Positions 44,335-55,066 of a stretch of DNA of 64,000 nucleotides are shown here, piece by piece (within the stretch, counting starts at the first letter, position 1; every line of letters begins with the position of its first letter). The position numbers and the translations under genes were made by a program. A model generated the notes under the pieces. It was not told the origin of the DNA. It saw only the letters and a list, made by a program, of their open reading frames with translations, and searched no databases. Location of the stretch: positions 128,001-192,000 of the forward strand of contig JBBCJC010000001.1 of NCBI GenBank assembly GCA_037189525.1, given 5' to 3'. The stretch comes from Gemmatimonadales bacterium. Lineage in GTDB: Bacteria; Gemmatimonadota; Gemmatimonadetes; Gemmatimonadales; GWC2-71-9.

Positions 44335-46053
44335 CTAACGGATCCGCACGATGCCGAATCGGGCGCCGAGTGCCGGATCGATGGCATCGCCCGCGGCATT
44401 CCGCGCCAGGCGAACGTCGAGCGCAGCGCCGTTGGCACTCTGAACCAGGCGGAGGTGCCGCGCGCTGCCCCCGCGGAGGGTACCCGATCGGGTGTAGTTC
44501 CCGCTGGCCTGATCGGGCACGAGCGGAAAGCCGTTGAACGGCCCCGGCGGGTTTGCCGTCGACTGGTTGACCGGATTGGTCCACACCCCCCGGAGTCCCC
44601 AGCTCTTGAGGCGGAGGCGCGGACTGGTGGCGACGAACCCGGGCAAGTCATCGAGATAAGTGGCCAGGTGCCATTCGGTGACCAGATCGGCAAACGAGAC
44701 GCCGGTCCGCGCCGCAAACGACGCGGCCCCGCCGGCGGCACTCACCAGCGACGGCGTGAAGTCGCCGCCCAGAATGGAATCGCTGGCAAAGTGGTCGACC
44801 ACCCAGCGCAGGAAGAGCCAACTGGCGCCTCGTTCCTCCAGGGTGCCGTTCGACGAAATCGGGTAGACCAGGAAATGGCTTTCCGGATCGACCATGTAGT
44901 CGTAAGAATTGATGATGTTGCCGGACACGTACTGGCTCCGGCACGAGGAATAGCCGGGACACTCCTCATCCGGGATCAGGCGCCCGCCCAGCTCTTCGGC
45001 AAAGTGAGACAGCGCTTCGTTGAGCCAGGTCTCTTCGGAACCGAGCCCGCGCCGGATGACCCGCTGATTCCAGTTGATCATGTGCTGCAGTTCGTGAATC
45101 AGCGTCGGCTTGATGATCCGCACCGCGGAGGTACGACTCATGGCCGAGCAGGTAGCCGTCGCGGGGCTCGGGACCAGGGTATAGAAAATCTCGCCCTGAT
45201 TCGAGTTGGGACCGTTGGTCAGGTCGGCGCCGTAGAAGTATCCGAGCACCCGGCCGTTGGTGCAGTCGGGCGTCAGGTTGTTGACCGACTTGGTGAGCAG
45301 GATCACGACCCGCTCGTTGCCGTCGAGATCCGACTCCGCGCCGAAGGCCGCCGCATTGATCGGATAGTGATAGAGATCGAAGGTCCGGCCCAGATCCTGG
45401 TAGTCGACCTCGAGCAGGGTGTCGGCGGTGGGCACGTCGATTTCCATGTAGATCGCGGCCTTGTTGCCCACGTAGCGTGCCCTTGCCGGGACGTCGTCGA
45501 ATTGGCTACAGGTCACGGTTCGGCAGGTCTTGAAGGTGCGCTCATGTCCCACCACCGGCGGCGCGGCCGCGATACTCGGCGCCGACATCACCGGCGCCCG
45601 TGCCGCACCGCTCGCCACCAGTTCCGCCTCTTTCCGCCGCAGCATGTCGTGGAAATCGTCGGCCGCCGTGCGGCGCCCGACGCGAATCGGTACCTCGTCC
45701 CGCACCACGGCCGCCGACGCGGACAACGCAGCCGACGGATTTCCGACCGCGAGGTGGTAGGCGCCCGCAACGCCGGCGGTCGACCGGGTCCCGGTTCCGG
45801 AGGCCACCACCACGAGATACTCCGCGCCCTCGGCGCCAGCGGCCGGGACCCGGACGCACCCGTTCCGGGTGACCGGATCGATCAGCACGTGCTGTCCGAC
45901 GGCGAGCTGGGTAACCGGCTGGCTGGCACACGCCGCTACCCCAGCCGACGGGGGCGGCGGCGGGGGAGGCGGGTCGCTCGGTTCCGAACTGCAGGCGGCC
46001 AGCGTGACGACCGCCAGGGCCGCCGCCAGGTTTCGGGTCGGGGTCGTGCACAT
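44335..46053 (-). CDS. Lipoprotein zinc metallopeptidase (gluzincin, M30-like)
   Basis: TLAAC lipobox, poly-Pro linker, HELQHMI...WLNEALSH. Confidence 0.8.
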   Translation of the reverse strand: MCTTPTRNLAAALAVVTLAACSSEPSDPPPPPPPPSAGVAACASQPVTQLAVGQHVLIDPVTRNGCVRVPAAGAEGAEYLVVVASGTGTRSTAGVAGAYHLAVGNPSAALSASAAVVRDEVPIRVGRRTAADDFHDMLRRKEAELVASGAARAPVMSAPSIAAAPPVVGHERTFKTCRTVTCSQFDDVPARARYVGNKAAIYMEIDVPTADTLLEVDYQDLGRTFDLYHYPINAAAFGAESDLDGNERVVILLTKSVNNLTPDCTNGRVLGYFYGADLTNGPNSNQGEIFYTLVPSPATATCSAMSRTSAVRIIKPTLIHELQHMINWNQRVIRRGLGSEETWLNEALSHFAEELGGRLIPDEECPGYSSCRSQYVSGNIINSYDYMVDPESHFLVYPISSNGTLEERGASWLFLRWVVDHFASDSILGGDFTPSLVSAAGGAASFAARTGVSFADLVTEWHLATYLDDLPGFVATSPRLRLKSWGLRGVWTNPVNQSTANPPGPFNGFPLVPDQASGNYTRSGTLRGGSARHLRLVQSANGAALDVRLARNAAGDAIDPALGARFGIVRIR

Positions 46054-46305
46054 GGCCGAATCGGTCAATCGCATGATAACTCGTTGAAAATCAAGGTGTT
46101 TTGACAACGTCCACTATCATGGATAGCTTCCGAAACGTCGCCGGATACGCGTCGCGGGAACCTGCAAAAAGTAGCCCCGGCGAGGACCTCCGACTAGCGA
46201 CAAGAGTTTGACTGTGCCCCCCTGACCGGAGCCGCGTCCGGAGCCGGATCGGGAGGTACAAATTGTTTGAGGTGGCCCGCTGGCCGCCGACGAGGTCTTC
46301 CGACG

Positions 46306-49300
46306 ATGGGTTTCGTCCATCTCCACACGCATAGCGAATACTCCCTGCTGGACGGGGCCAGCCAGATTCCCGTCCTGGCCGACTACGTCCGGACCCTGGG
46401 CATGGACAGCCTGGCCGTTACGGACCACGGCAACATGCACGGCGCCTGGGAGTTCTATGAGGCCGCCAAGGCGCGCAAGATCCGCCCGATCCTCGGTTTC
46501 GAAGCCTACCTGGCTTTCGGCGACCGGCGATCCAATCAGAAGCCCGCCGAGGCGCCCGCCCACTATAGCCATCTGGTGCTGCTGGCCCGCAATCGGGTCG
46601 GCTACAAGAACCTGATCAAGCTGAGCTCGATCGGATACGTCGAAGGCTTTTACCGCCGTCCCCGGATCGACAAAGAGGTGCTGGCCGAGCACGCCGAGGG
46701 CGTGATCTGCCTGGCGGCCTGCCTGTCGGGCGAAGTGGCTCTGGGCCTGCGCGCCGACCGGTACGACGAAGCGAAACGCTCCGCCGAGTGGTTTTCGCAG
46801 ACCTTCGGACCGGACGGCTTCTGGCTCGAGATCCAGGACCACGGTATTCCCGACGAGAAGAAGGTGCTCGAGGGAATGCTCGAGCTTTCTCGCGACCTCG
46901 GCCTGCCGGTGGTGGCCACCAACGACGCCCACTACCTCCGCAGGGAAGATGCGGAAGCCCACGACGTCCTGCTCGCCATCGGCACCGGCGCCGATCTGGA
47001 CGACCCCAAGCGCTTCCGCTTTACCGGCTCGGAAACGTACGTCAAGAGCGAAGCGGAGATGCGGAAGCTCTTCTCGAACGTGCCGGAGGCGCTCGACAAT
47101 ACGGTCAAAGTCGCCGACCTCTGCGAGTTCGACTTCGAGAAGCGGTACTTCGTCCCGAGCTTTCCGCGTCCGGAAGAGTACGCCGACGACAACGCGCTGC
47201 TGACCGCGCTTGCCACGCAGGGAGCGGAGCGGCGGTACGGCACGCCGCTGCCCGAGGCCGTGACCGAACGTCTTCGCTACGAACTCGACGTCATCATCAC
47301 GGCAGGATACTCCGGCTACTTCCTGATCGTCCAGGATTTCATTGCCGCCGCCCGGGAGCGCGGCATTCCAGTCGGACCGGGCCGCGGATCGGCCGCCGGA
47401 TCGCTGGTGGCGTACGGGCTGGGCATTACCGACGTCTGCCCGCTCAAGTTCGACCTCCTCTTCGAGCGATTCCTGAACCCGGAACGCGTCTCGATGCCGG
47501 ACATCGACGTCGACTTCTGCTTCGAGCGCCGCGGCGAAGTGATCGAGTACGTCCGGGAGCGTTACGGCCGCGAAAGCGTAGGGCAGATCGTCACCTTCGG
47601 GACGATGAAGGCGCGCGCGGCCGTGAAGGACGTGTCGCGGGTGATGAAGATCCCGCCGGGCGAGGCCGACAAGATCACCAAACTGATCCCGTCCGGGCCG
47701 GCGTACAGCCTCACCATCCCCGAAGCCGTCAAGAAGGTTCCGGAGCTGGCGGAGCTGGTGCGTCTCTCGCCCCAGTACGCCAGGATGACGGAACTGGCAT
47801 CCCGGATCGAAGGGATCTCCCGCCATCTGTCGGTCCATGCGGCGGGCGTGGTCATCGCGCCCGGCCCGTTGCCCGAGTACGTCCCCGTCTGCACGGCACC
47901 CACCAAGGGCGCCGGCGCCTCCGCCGACGGCGAGAACGCCATGATCACGCAGTACGACATGGTGGCGCTCGAGAAGGTCGGCATGCTCAAGATGGACCTC
48001 TTGGGCTTGAAGACGCTGACCGTGATCCATGACGCGGTGGCCATGGTCAAGGAGCGCCATGGCGTCGAGCTCGACATGGGCACGCTCTCGCTCGACGATC
48101 CGGCCGTGTACGAGTTGCTCCGCCGCGGACGTACCGCCGGCGTCTTCCAGTTCGAATCGTCGCTGGCGACCGAAACGCTCCGCCAGATGCGCTGCGACCG
48201 GTTCGACGATCTGGTCGCGTCGAACGCCCTGCTCCGCCCGGGACCGCTCGACACCGGGATGCACCTGGTATTCATCAAGCGGAAGCTGGGCCAGGAGCCG
48301 GTCTCGTATCCGCATCCGTCGCTGGTCGACGTGCTCGAGCCGACCTACGGCGTCATCACCTATCAGGAACAGGTGATGCGGATTGCCAACGTGCTCGCGG
48401 GCTTCTCGCTCGCCGAAGCCGACGTGCTCCGCAAGGCGGTGGGTAAGAAGGACGCCGAGCTGATCAAGAAGGAGCTGGGCAAGTTCGTCGAGCGGGGCAT
48501 TGCCCTGGGCCACAAACCCGATCTGATGGAGGAGCTCTCCGGGCAGATCGAGACCTTCGGACGCTACGGCTTCAACAAGTCGCACTCGGTTGCCTATTCC
48601 GTCCTGTCGTATCAAACCGCCTGGCTCAAGGCGCATTATCCGGCCGAGTTCATGGCGGCGTTGCTGTCATCGGAAATCGGCGACACCGACAAAGTCGTGC
48701 AGTACATCAACGAGGCGCGTGAGCTGGGGCTCGAAGTGCTGCCGCCGGACGTCAACGAATCGGGCTTCAAGTTCACGGTGGTCGAGGAGACCCGGATCCG
48801 CTTCGGACTCGGCGCCGTTCGCAACGTGGGACGCGGCGCCATCGAGTCGATCGTCGGGACCCGGACGGAAGGGCCGGTCACCAGCCTGACAAACCTGGTC
48901 ACCCGGATCGACCTGCGCCTCTGCAACAAGCGGGTGCTCGAGTCGCTGATCGCGGCGGGCGCCTGTGATTCCCTCCCCGGTCATCGGGCCCAGTTGATGG
49001 CGGCCCTCGACAACGCCCTCGGCGAGGCGCAACTTCTCCACCAGGAACGGGAAGCCGGCCAGGGATCGCTCTTCGGCGATGCCCCGGCTCCAGCCCGGCC
49101 CCAGTCGGCGGAATTGCCCGATCTGCCGGAATGGACCGAGGCAGAACGGCTGGCCCGGGAAAAGGAGCTGCTGGGCTTCTTCATCTCGGGGCATCCGCTC
49201 GAACCGTTCCGGAGCGAGGTCGAGCTGTTCGGCACCCGAACCACCGCGACCCTGTCGACCTGGAGCGAGCAGCAGGTCACGATCGGCGCCGTGGTGACCG

Positions 49301-49788
49301 CGGTCAAACGCCAGATTTCGAAGAAAACGGGGAAGGAATACGCCCGGCTGGTGCTGGAGGATTTCCATGGGACGGCGGAAGCCCTGGTTTTCCCCGATGC
49401 CTGGGCGCAGCTCAACCAGACCATCGTGGTCGACGGGTGCATGCTGCTGACCGGCGGGTACAGCCAGCGGGACCGGGGCGAGGACCGGGCCCCCTTCGTA
49501 GTCGAGTCGGCCCGGATGCTGTCGGATTTTCGGAAGATCGGCGCGGTGGCCCTGTCGATCCGGTGGTCTGCGCCTAACCCGCCGTCCACCAACGACATGC
49601 AGGCCCTGGCCGCGCTTTGCGCCAGCCACGATGGACCGGCGCCGGTCTATATTGAGTGGAACGATGGCAACGGGGAGTCGGCCCGGATGCAGTCCCGCCG
49701 GCTTCGCGTCACCCCTGAAGAAGACCTGGTCCACTCGCTCAGGACCCTGCTCGGGCCCGATGCGGTGCGACTGGTGAAAGCCGGATAG
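46306..49788 (+). CDS. dnaE: DNA polymerase III alpha subunit
   Basis: [51 protein letters not shown]. Confidence 0.98.
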   Translation: MGFVHLHTHSEYSLLDGASQIPVLADYVRTLGMDSLAVTDHGNMHGAWEFYEAAKARKIRPILGFEAYLAFGDRRSNQKPAEAPAHYSHLVLLARNRVGYKNLIKLSSIGYVEGFYRRPRIDKEVLAEHAEGVICLAACLSGEVALGLRADRYDEAKRSAEWFSQTFGPDGFWLEIQDHGIPDEKKVLEGMLELSRDLGLPVVATNDAHYLRREDAEAHDVLLAIGTGADLDDPKRFRFTGSETYVKSEAEMRKLFSNVPEALDNTVKVADLCEFDFEKRYFVPSFPRPEEYADDNALLTALATQGAERRYGTPLPEAVTERLRYELDVIITAGYSGYFLIVQDFIAAARERGIPVGPGRGSAAGSLVAYGLGITDVCPLKFDLLFERFLNPERVSMPDIDVDFCFERRGEVIEYVRERYGRESVGQIVTFGTMKARAAVKDVSRVMKIPPGEADKITKLIPSGPAYSLTIPEAVKKVPELAELVRLSPQYARMTELASRIEGISRHLSVHAAGVVIAPGPLPEYVPVCTAPTKGAGASADGENAMITQYDMVALEKVGMLKMDLLGLKTLTVIHDAVAMVKERHGVELDMGTLSLDDPAVYELLRRGRTAGVFQFESSLATETLRQMRCDRFDDLVASNALLRPGPLDTGMHLVFIKRKLGQEPVSYPHPSLVDVLEPTYGVITYQEQVMRIANVLAGFSLAEADVLRKAVGKKDAELIKKELGKFVERGIALGHKPDLMEELSGQIETFGRYGFNKSHSVAYSVLSYQTAWLKAHYPAEFMAALLSSEIGDTDKVVQYINEARELGLEVLPPDVNESGFKFTVVEETRIRFGLGAVRNVGRGAIESIVGTRTEGPVTSLTNLVTRIDLRLCNKRVLESLIAAGACDSLPGHRAQLMAALDNALGEAQLLHQEREAGQGSLFGDAPAPARPQSAELPDLPEWTEAERLAREKELLGFFISGHPLEPFRSEVELFGTRTTATLSTWSEQQVTIGAVVTAVKRQISKKTGKEYARLVLEDFHGTAEALVFPDAWAQLNQTIVVDGCMLLTGGYSQRDRGEDRAPFVVESARMLSDFRKIGAVALSIRWSAPNPPSTNDMQALAALCASHDGPAPVYIEWNDGNGESARMQSRRLRVTPEEDLVHSLRTLLGPDAVRLVKAG

Positions 49789-49790
49789 AT

Positions 49791-50750
49791 ATGGCCGTAC
49801 ATACCTTGGACTTCGAAAAGCCGCTACTCGAGCTGGAACGCCAGATCGAGGAGCTTCGCCGCGTCGGTGAGGAACGGCAGATCGACGTCGACGAGGAAAT
49901 TGCGACGCTCGAAGGCAAGCTGGTGAGCCTGCGGCAGGACATCTACCGCAGTCTGACCCCGATGCAGCGGGTCAGCGTCGCGCGCCATCCCAAGCGTCCA
50001 TACACCCTCGACTACCTCGGTTCGATCTTCACCGATTTCGTCGAACTGCACGGCGACCGCCTCTTCCGCGACGACCTCGCCATCGTCGGCGGGTGGGCTC
50101 GCCTGGCCGGACAGACGGTGATGGTGATCGGCCACCAGAAGGGCCGCGACACCCGGGAGAACATCCGGCGGAACTTCGGCATGCCACACCCCGAGGGATA
50201 CCGCAAGGCGCTCCGGCTGATGAAGCTGGCAGCCCGTTTCCATGCGCCCGTCGTCACCCTGATCGACACGCCGGGCGCGTATCCCGGTATCGGCGCGGAA
50301 GAGCGCGGACAATCGGAAGCGCTGGCCACCAATATCCTGGAGATGGCCGCGCTGCCGACGCCGATCATCAGCTGCGTCATCGGCGAGGGCGGCTCGGGCG
50401 GTGCCCTGGCACTCGGCGTGGCCGATCGCGTCCTGATGTTCGAGAATTCGGTCTACTCGGTGATTTCGCCCGAAGGCTGCGCAGCGATTCTCTGGAAAGA
50501 CGCCAGTCAGCGCGAGCGGGCCGCCGAGGCGCTCAAAATCACGGCGACCGATCTGCTACGTTTCAAGATCATCGACGAGATCATCCCGGAACCGGTCGGC
50601 GGCGCGCATCAGGACCCGGAGGCCGCGGGTGAGTCGCTCCGCGCCATCCTGGTCAAGCACGTCAACGAGCTTCGGAAAATTCGACCCGAGAAACTGGTCA
50701 AGCGCCGCGCCGACAAGTACGGAGCGATGGGGGTCTTCGCGGAGGTCTGA
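49791..50750 (+). CDS. accA: Acetyl-CoA carboxylase carboxyltransferase alpha subunit
   Basis: [38 protein letters not shown]. Confidence 0.97.
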   Translation: MAVHTLDFEKPLLELERQIEELRRVGEERQIDVDEEIATLEGKLVSLRQDIYRSLTPMQRVSVARHPKRPYTLDYLGSIFTDFVELHGDRLFRDDLAIVGGWARLAGQTVMVIGHQKGRDTRENIRRNFGMPHPEGYRKALRLMKLAARFHAPVVTLIDTPGAYPGIGAEERGQSEALATNILEMAALPTPIISCVIGEGGSGGALALGVADRVLMFENSVYSVISPEGCAAILWKDASQRERAAEALKITATDLLRFKIIDEIIPEPVGGAHQDPEAAGESLRAILVKHVNELRKIRPEKLVKRRADKYGAMGVFAEV

Positions 50751-51808
50751 TGCCGACCACCGTCGAAGTACGCTTCAAGGGCAACCGGAAAGACTACTTT
50801 CTCTGGGACGCGCCCGAATCGCTGCACCTCCACCAGCCGGTCATCGTGGAGGTGGAGCGGGGGCTCGATTTCGGCCGGGTCGGCGTCACGGGTGAGACCG
50901 CCGCCAAGAAGTGCGCGGCCGGCTGCAGTGGCTGCGCATCCGGGAGTACCCCGCCCGCACCGACCCGGCCCGTCCTCCGGGTCGCAACACAAGAAGAAAT
51001 CCGCCTGGCCAACGACCTCCGCCGCTCGGAGGACAGCACTCGGATCCGCGCCGCCGAGCGGGTCCGCCATTACGGCCTCGAGATGAAGATGTCGGACGCC
51101 GAGTGGCAGTGGGACCGGAAGAAGCTGACCTTCTACTTCACGGCGGAAAAACGCGTCGATTTCCGCGATCTGGTTCGCGACCTGGCTTCGACTTTCAAGG
51201 CCAGGATCGAACTTCGCCAGATCGGCGTGCGCGACGAAGCCGCGCGCCTAGGGGGGGTCGGTCGCTGCGGCAAGGAATACTGCTGTTCCACCTGGCTCAA
51301 ATCGCTCGATCCCGTCAGCCTGGCGCTGGCCAAGGATCAGCACCTGTCGCTCAATCCGGCCCAGATCTCGGGCGGATGCGGCCGCCTGCTCTGCTGTCTC
51401 AAGTATGAGCATGAGTTCTACGTGACCTCGCGCAAGCGGTTTCCCAAAGAGGGGAAAACCGTGCGCACCGGGCGTGGCGCCGAGAAGGTCATTGCGGTCG
51501 ACATCTTCCGTGAGCGGGTCTTCCTGCGCAGCGACGAACACGGGCATCGCACCGTTCTCCTCGCCGACCTGCGGGAAGAAATGGCGGGCGTCGACCAGAC
51601 TGCCCCAACTGCCCCGGCCGCCGAGCCCGCAGCGCGGCCCCGAACCGAGCGTGCTCGGCCGCCCAAAGCGCAGCAACCGCTCCTTCCACCCCCGCCGCCG
51701 ACCGACGCGCCGAATCAGGCATCGGCCGATCCGGACCGTGCCGGCGGGCGCACCAAGCGACGTCGCCGCCGCCGGGGACGCGGCGGGAGCGGGCCTTCGA
51801 ATCCTTAG
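50750..51808 (+). CDS. RicT/YaaT (PSP1 domain) protein
   Basis: RVDFRDLVRDLA..F.ARIELRQIGVRDEA, G.CG...CC, ISG.CGRLLCCLKYE. Confidence 0.9.
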   Translation: MPTTVEVRFKGNRKDYFLWDAPESLHLHQPVIVEVERGLDFGRVGVTGETAAKKCAAGCSGCASGSTPPAPTRPVLRVATQEEIRLANDLRRSEDSTRIRAAERVRHYGLEMKMSDAEWQWDRKKLTFYFTAEKRVDFRDLVRDLASTFKARIELRQIGVRDEAARLGGVGRCGKEYCCSTWLKSLDPVSLALAKDQHLSLNPAQISGGCGRLLCCLKYEHEFYVTSRKRFPKEGKTVRTGRGAEKVIAVDIFRERVFLRSDEHGHRTVLLADLREEMAGVDQTAPTAPAAEPAARPRTERARPPKAQQPLLPPPPPTDAPNQASADPDRAGGRTKRRRRRRGRGGSGPSNP

Positions 51809-51823
51809 ACACCGGACGTGTAA

Positions 51824-53347
51824 GTGGCCAAGTTCTACCTCACCACCGCAATCGATTACTCCAACGGCGACCCGCACCTGGGGCACGCGCTCGAGAAGGT
51901 CGGCGCCGACGTCATTGCGCGCTACCGGCGACTGCGGGGTGACGACGTTCATTTCCTGATGGGCATGGACGAGAACTCCCAGAGCGTGATCCAGATGTCC
52001 GAGCGGCACGGGATTACGCCGCAGGCCTGGGTCGATCAGATGGCCGACCGGTTTGCCCGATTCTGGAAGCGGCTCGATTGCAGTAACGACGACTGGATCA
52101 GGACCACCGAGGCGCGACACGTGCGCGCGGTCGAAGATCTGCTGCGCCGGATTCAGGAGCAGAGCCCCGACGACGTCTACCTGGCGGACTACGAGGGCCT
52201 CTACTGCACCGGGTGTGAGGAGTTCAAGACCGAGAGCCAGATCGTCGACGGGCGCTGCGGCGAACATCCGACCCTCACGCTGGTCCCGACCAAGGAGCGG
52301 AATCACTTCTTCCGCCTCTCGGCCTACGGCGATCGCTTGCTGGGCATGATCACGTCGGGTGAGCTGAGCGTCGAGCCGGCCATCCGGCGCAACGAGATGC
52401 TCCGGCTGATCGAAAGCGGCCTGCAGGACATTTCGATTTCGCGGTCGCGGCTGCCGTGGGGCATTCCCTTCCCGGAAAGCAGCCAGCATACCATCTACGT
52501 CTGGTTCGACGCCGTCATCAACTACCTCTCGGCGACCGGCTTTCCCGACGAGGGATACCAGCGTCTCTGGCCGGCCGATCTCCACATCATCGGCAAGGGC
52601 ATTTCCCGGTTCCACTGCGTCCTCTGGCCGGCGATGTGCCTGGCGGCCGGGATTGCGCCGCCGCGGGCCGTCTGGGCGCATGGCTATGTCCAGTGGCTGG
52701 GCACCAAGATGTCCAAGACGGCGGGCACGGCGGTCAACCTGGACGACGCCATCAACCGGCATGGTTCGGACGCGCTGCGCTACTTCCTGATGCGCGAAGT
52801 CGGCTTCGAAAATGATGGCGACTTTACCTGGGACCGGTTCGATGCGCGCTACACCTCCGACCTGGCCGACGGACTCGGCAACCTGACGGCGCGCTCCCTC
52901 GCGATGATCGAGCGCTACCGGAACGGTCTGGTCCCGGCCGGCCCGGACACCGAACTCGATCTGGTGGCGCGGGACCAGCTGATCCCGGCCTACCAGACGG
53001 CGCTCGACCAGTACGACCTGAAAGGCGCGCTCGAGGCCGCCTGGGGACTCGTCACGGCCGCGGACCTGTATATCACCCGATCCGCACCGTGGACCCTCGC
53101 CAAAGGCGGGGCCACCGAGGAGCTCGATACCGTCCTTGCCGCGCTCCACCGGACGCTGACCCGGCTGGCCCTCCTGACGTCGCCGTACCTGCCCGACCGG
53201 GCTGCGAAGATCTGGACCGCCCTCGGATACGGCACCCCGATCGACCGGGACGCCTGGGGCTTGCTGCAGAATGCGTCGGGGGCCGGGCTGACTGTTGCAC
53301 GTCCCGACATCCTGTTCCCCAAGCCCCCTCCGGCACCTGCATCGTAA
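51824..53347 (+). CDS. metG: Methionine--tRNA ligase (short form)
   Basis: FYLTTAIDY.NG.PHLGH, YVWFDA..NY, KMSKT, DALRYFLMRE. Confidence 0.96.
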   Translation: MAKFYLTTAIDYSNGDPHLGHALEKVGADVIARYRRLRGDDVHFLMGMDENSQSVIQMSERHGITPQAWVDQMADRFARFWKRLDCSNDDWIRTTEARHVRAVEDLLRRIQEQSPDDVYLADYEGLYCTGCEEFKTESQIVDGRCGEHPTLTLVPTKERNHFFRLSAYGDRLLGMITSGELSVEPAIRRNEMLRLIESGLQDISISRSRLPWGIPFPESSQHTIYVWFDAVINYLSATGFPDEGYQRLWPADLHIIGKGISRFHCVLWPAMCLAAGIAPPRAVWAHGYVQWLGTKMSKTAGTAVNLDDAINRHGSDALRYFLMREVGFENDGDFTWDRFDARYTSDLADGLGNLTARSLAMIERYRNGLVPAGPDTELDLVARDQLIPAYQTALDQYDLKGALEAAWGLVTAADLYITRSAPWTLAKGGATEELDTVLAALHRTLTRLALLTSPYLPDRAAKIWTALGYGTPIDRDAWGLLQNASGAGLTVARPDILFPKPPPAPAS

Positions 53348-53388
53348 GTCATTACGCTGCAACACAATACCTCGTCGGGTGCGAATGC

Positions 53389-53417
53389 TTGACAGGGGTG
53401 CCTTCGAGACGCATAAT
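53389..53417 (+). promoter_or_regulatory. Sigma70 promoter
   Basis: TTGACA-N17-CATAAT. Confidence 0.75.
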
Positions 53418-53420
53418 TGG

Positions 53421-53554
53421 TCGGCTCCGCCAGGCGGGAAACTTGCTGGCGGACGTCACCGGGGGGCCTGGCTTCGGCCAGGTATCGTGGGGCATCAAGC
53501 CCGTCACATCGTGCAAGCCGGACATCCGCCGTCCTTAAACGACGGCAGGGCCGA
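53421..53554 (+). ncRNA. Candidate structured RNA or 5' leader upstream of the M23 peptidase
   Basis: Multiple stems with GAAA and C-TTCG-G tetraloops, and end-to-end closing helix, directly after a strong promoter. Confidence 0.5.
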
Positions 53555-53571
53555 GTCCGTGCCAGGTGGGC

Positions 53572-54492
53572 ATGAAGAAGAACCGCTGGACCGTCATCGT
53601 CGTTCCGCAGGGATCGAGTACCTCTCGCGTCATCGAGGTTACCGAAACTGCCATGAAACTCGGCGGCATTCTCGCGCTGGGTGCGGTGATCGTCGCGCTC
53701 TTCCTGGGTTATGGCACCGTGGCCCGCTCGATCAACATGTACGAAGCGCAGACCATCGCCGAAGAGAATGCGCGGCTGGCGGCTGACCTCAATACCATCC
53801 AGGGCCGTCTGGCCCGGCTGACCGATTCGATCTCCGCTCTCGAAATCCACGACAACCGGATCCGCCTGCTCGCCAACCTCGAGCCGATCGATCCGCAGGT
53901 CCACGCCGCCGGTATCGGTGGTCCGGCCCCGGTGGACAGTCGCTCGGAGGCCAAGGGTGAACTCGAATCGCGCGCGAGCGCAGTCCGGGTCGACGTCGAT
54001 GCCCTGATCCGGCGGGCCAATCTGCTGACGCGTTCCTTCCGCGAAGCCGCCGACAGCCTCGCCTCGCACACCGACCGGCTGGCCGCCACTCCGTCGATCA
54101 TGCCGACCAACGGCTGGCTAAGCAGCGCCTTTGCCGCCATGCGCGACCATCCGATCCTGCACACGGCGCGCCCGCACGAAGGGGTCGACATTACGGCGCC
54201 GATGGGCACGCCGATCGAGGCCCCCGCTCGGGGACGCGTCACGTTCGCGGGATGGGAAACGGGTTACGGCAACATGGTGGTGATCGATCACGGCTACGGC
54301 ATCGTCACCAAGTTTGCCCACGCATCACGCTTGCTCGTGAGCGTGGGCACTCGGGTCGAACGGGGCCAGCGGATTGCGCTGGTCGGCAACAGCGGCCTGT
54401 CCACCAGCCCCCACCTGCATTACGAAGTGCACGTCAACGGCCGTCCGGTCAACCCGCTGCGCTACCTGCTTCCGGACGTCGTTACCGACTGA
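53572..54492 (+). CDS. M23 family peptidoglycan endopeptidase
   Basis: N-terminal TM and coiled coil, HEGVD, GYGN, HLHYEV. Confidence 0.93.
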   Translation: MKKNRWTVIVVPQGSSTSRVIEVTETAMKLGGILALGAVIVALFLGYGTVARSINMYEAQTIAEENARLAADLNTIQGRLARLTDSISALEIHDNRIRLLANLEPIDPQVHAAGIGGPAPVDSRSEAKGELESRASAVRVDVDALIRRANLLTRSFREAADSLASHTDRLAATPSIMPTNGWLSSAFAAMRDHPILHTARPHEGVDITAPMGTPIEAPARGRVTFAGWETGYGNMVVIDHGYGIVTKFAHASRLLVSVGTRVERGQRIALVGNSGLSTSPHLHYEVHVNGRPVNPLRYLLPDVVTD

Positions 54493-54499
54493 CCTCCCG

Positions 54500-55066
54500 C
54501 TAGAACTTGACCTGCGGCGCCGCTTCCGCGCCCGGGCTCGCTTCGAAATACGGTTTCGTGGTTCCCGCTCCGAAAATCTTGGCCGTCAGATTGTACGGGA
54601 AGGTCCGGACGTAGGTGTTGTAGTCCCGCACCGCGCCGTTGTAGTCCTGCCTGGCTACCGAGATCCGATTCTCGGTGCCCTCGAGCTGGCTCTGGAGATC
54701 CAGAAAGTTCTGGTTCGACTTGAGCTCGGGATAGTTCTCCACCAGCGCCAGCAGGCGCCCGAGCGGCTGACGGAGCGCTTCGTCGGCCTGGGCCATGTCG
54801 GCCACGCTGCCAGACTGGACCGCGCCCGCCAGCCGCGAACGCGCTTCGGCCACCGAGATGAAGATGGTCGACTCCTGTTTGGCTACGCCGCGCACGACTT
54901 CGACCAGGTTCGGAATCAGGTCCGCCCGACGCTGCAGCTGTGCCTGGACGTCGCCGAGAGCCTTGTTGACCCCCTCGTCCTTGGCCTGGATCTGATTGTA
55001 CCCGCACCCGGTTCCGGCGCCGATCACGAGCGCAGCCAACGCAATGGGGCGAATCACGGCGAGCAT
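54500..55066 (-). CDS. lemA: LemA family protein
   Basis: GCGYN, LQRRADLIPNLV, ENYPELKSNQNFLDLQSQLEGTENRI. Confidence 0.93.
   Translation of the reverse strand: MLAVIRPIALAALVIGAGTGCGYNQIQAKDEGVNKALGDVQAQLQRRADLIPNLVEVVRGVAKQESTIFISVAEARSRLAGAVQSGSVADMAQADEALRQPLGRLLALVENYPELKSNQNFLDLQSQLEGTENRISVARQDYNGAVRDYNTYVRTFPYNLTAKIFGAGTTKPYFEASPGAEAAPQVKF

Noticed and set aside
46117..48636. 839-aa ORF antisense to dnaE, and similar long antisense ORFs (8712-10247, 15514-17154, 23573-25288, 44185-46104, 51248-53365)
   Set aside because: Shadow frames expected from high-GC codon bias. They have no motifs and overlap well-supported genes
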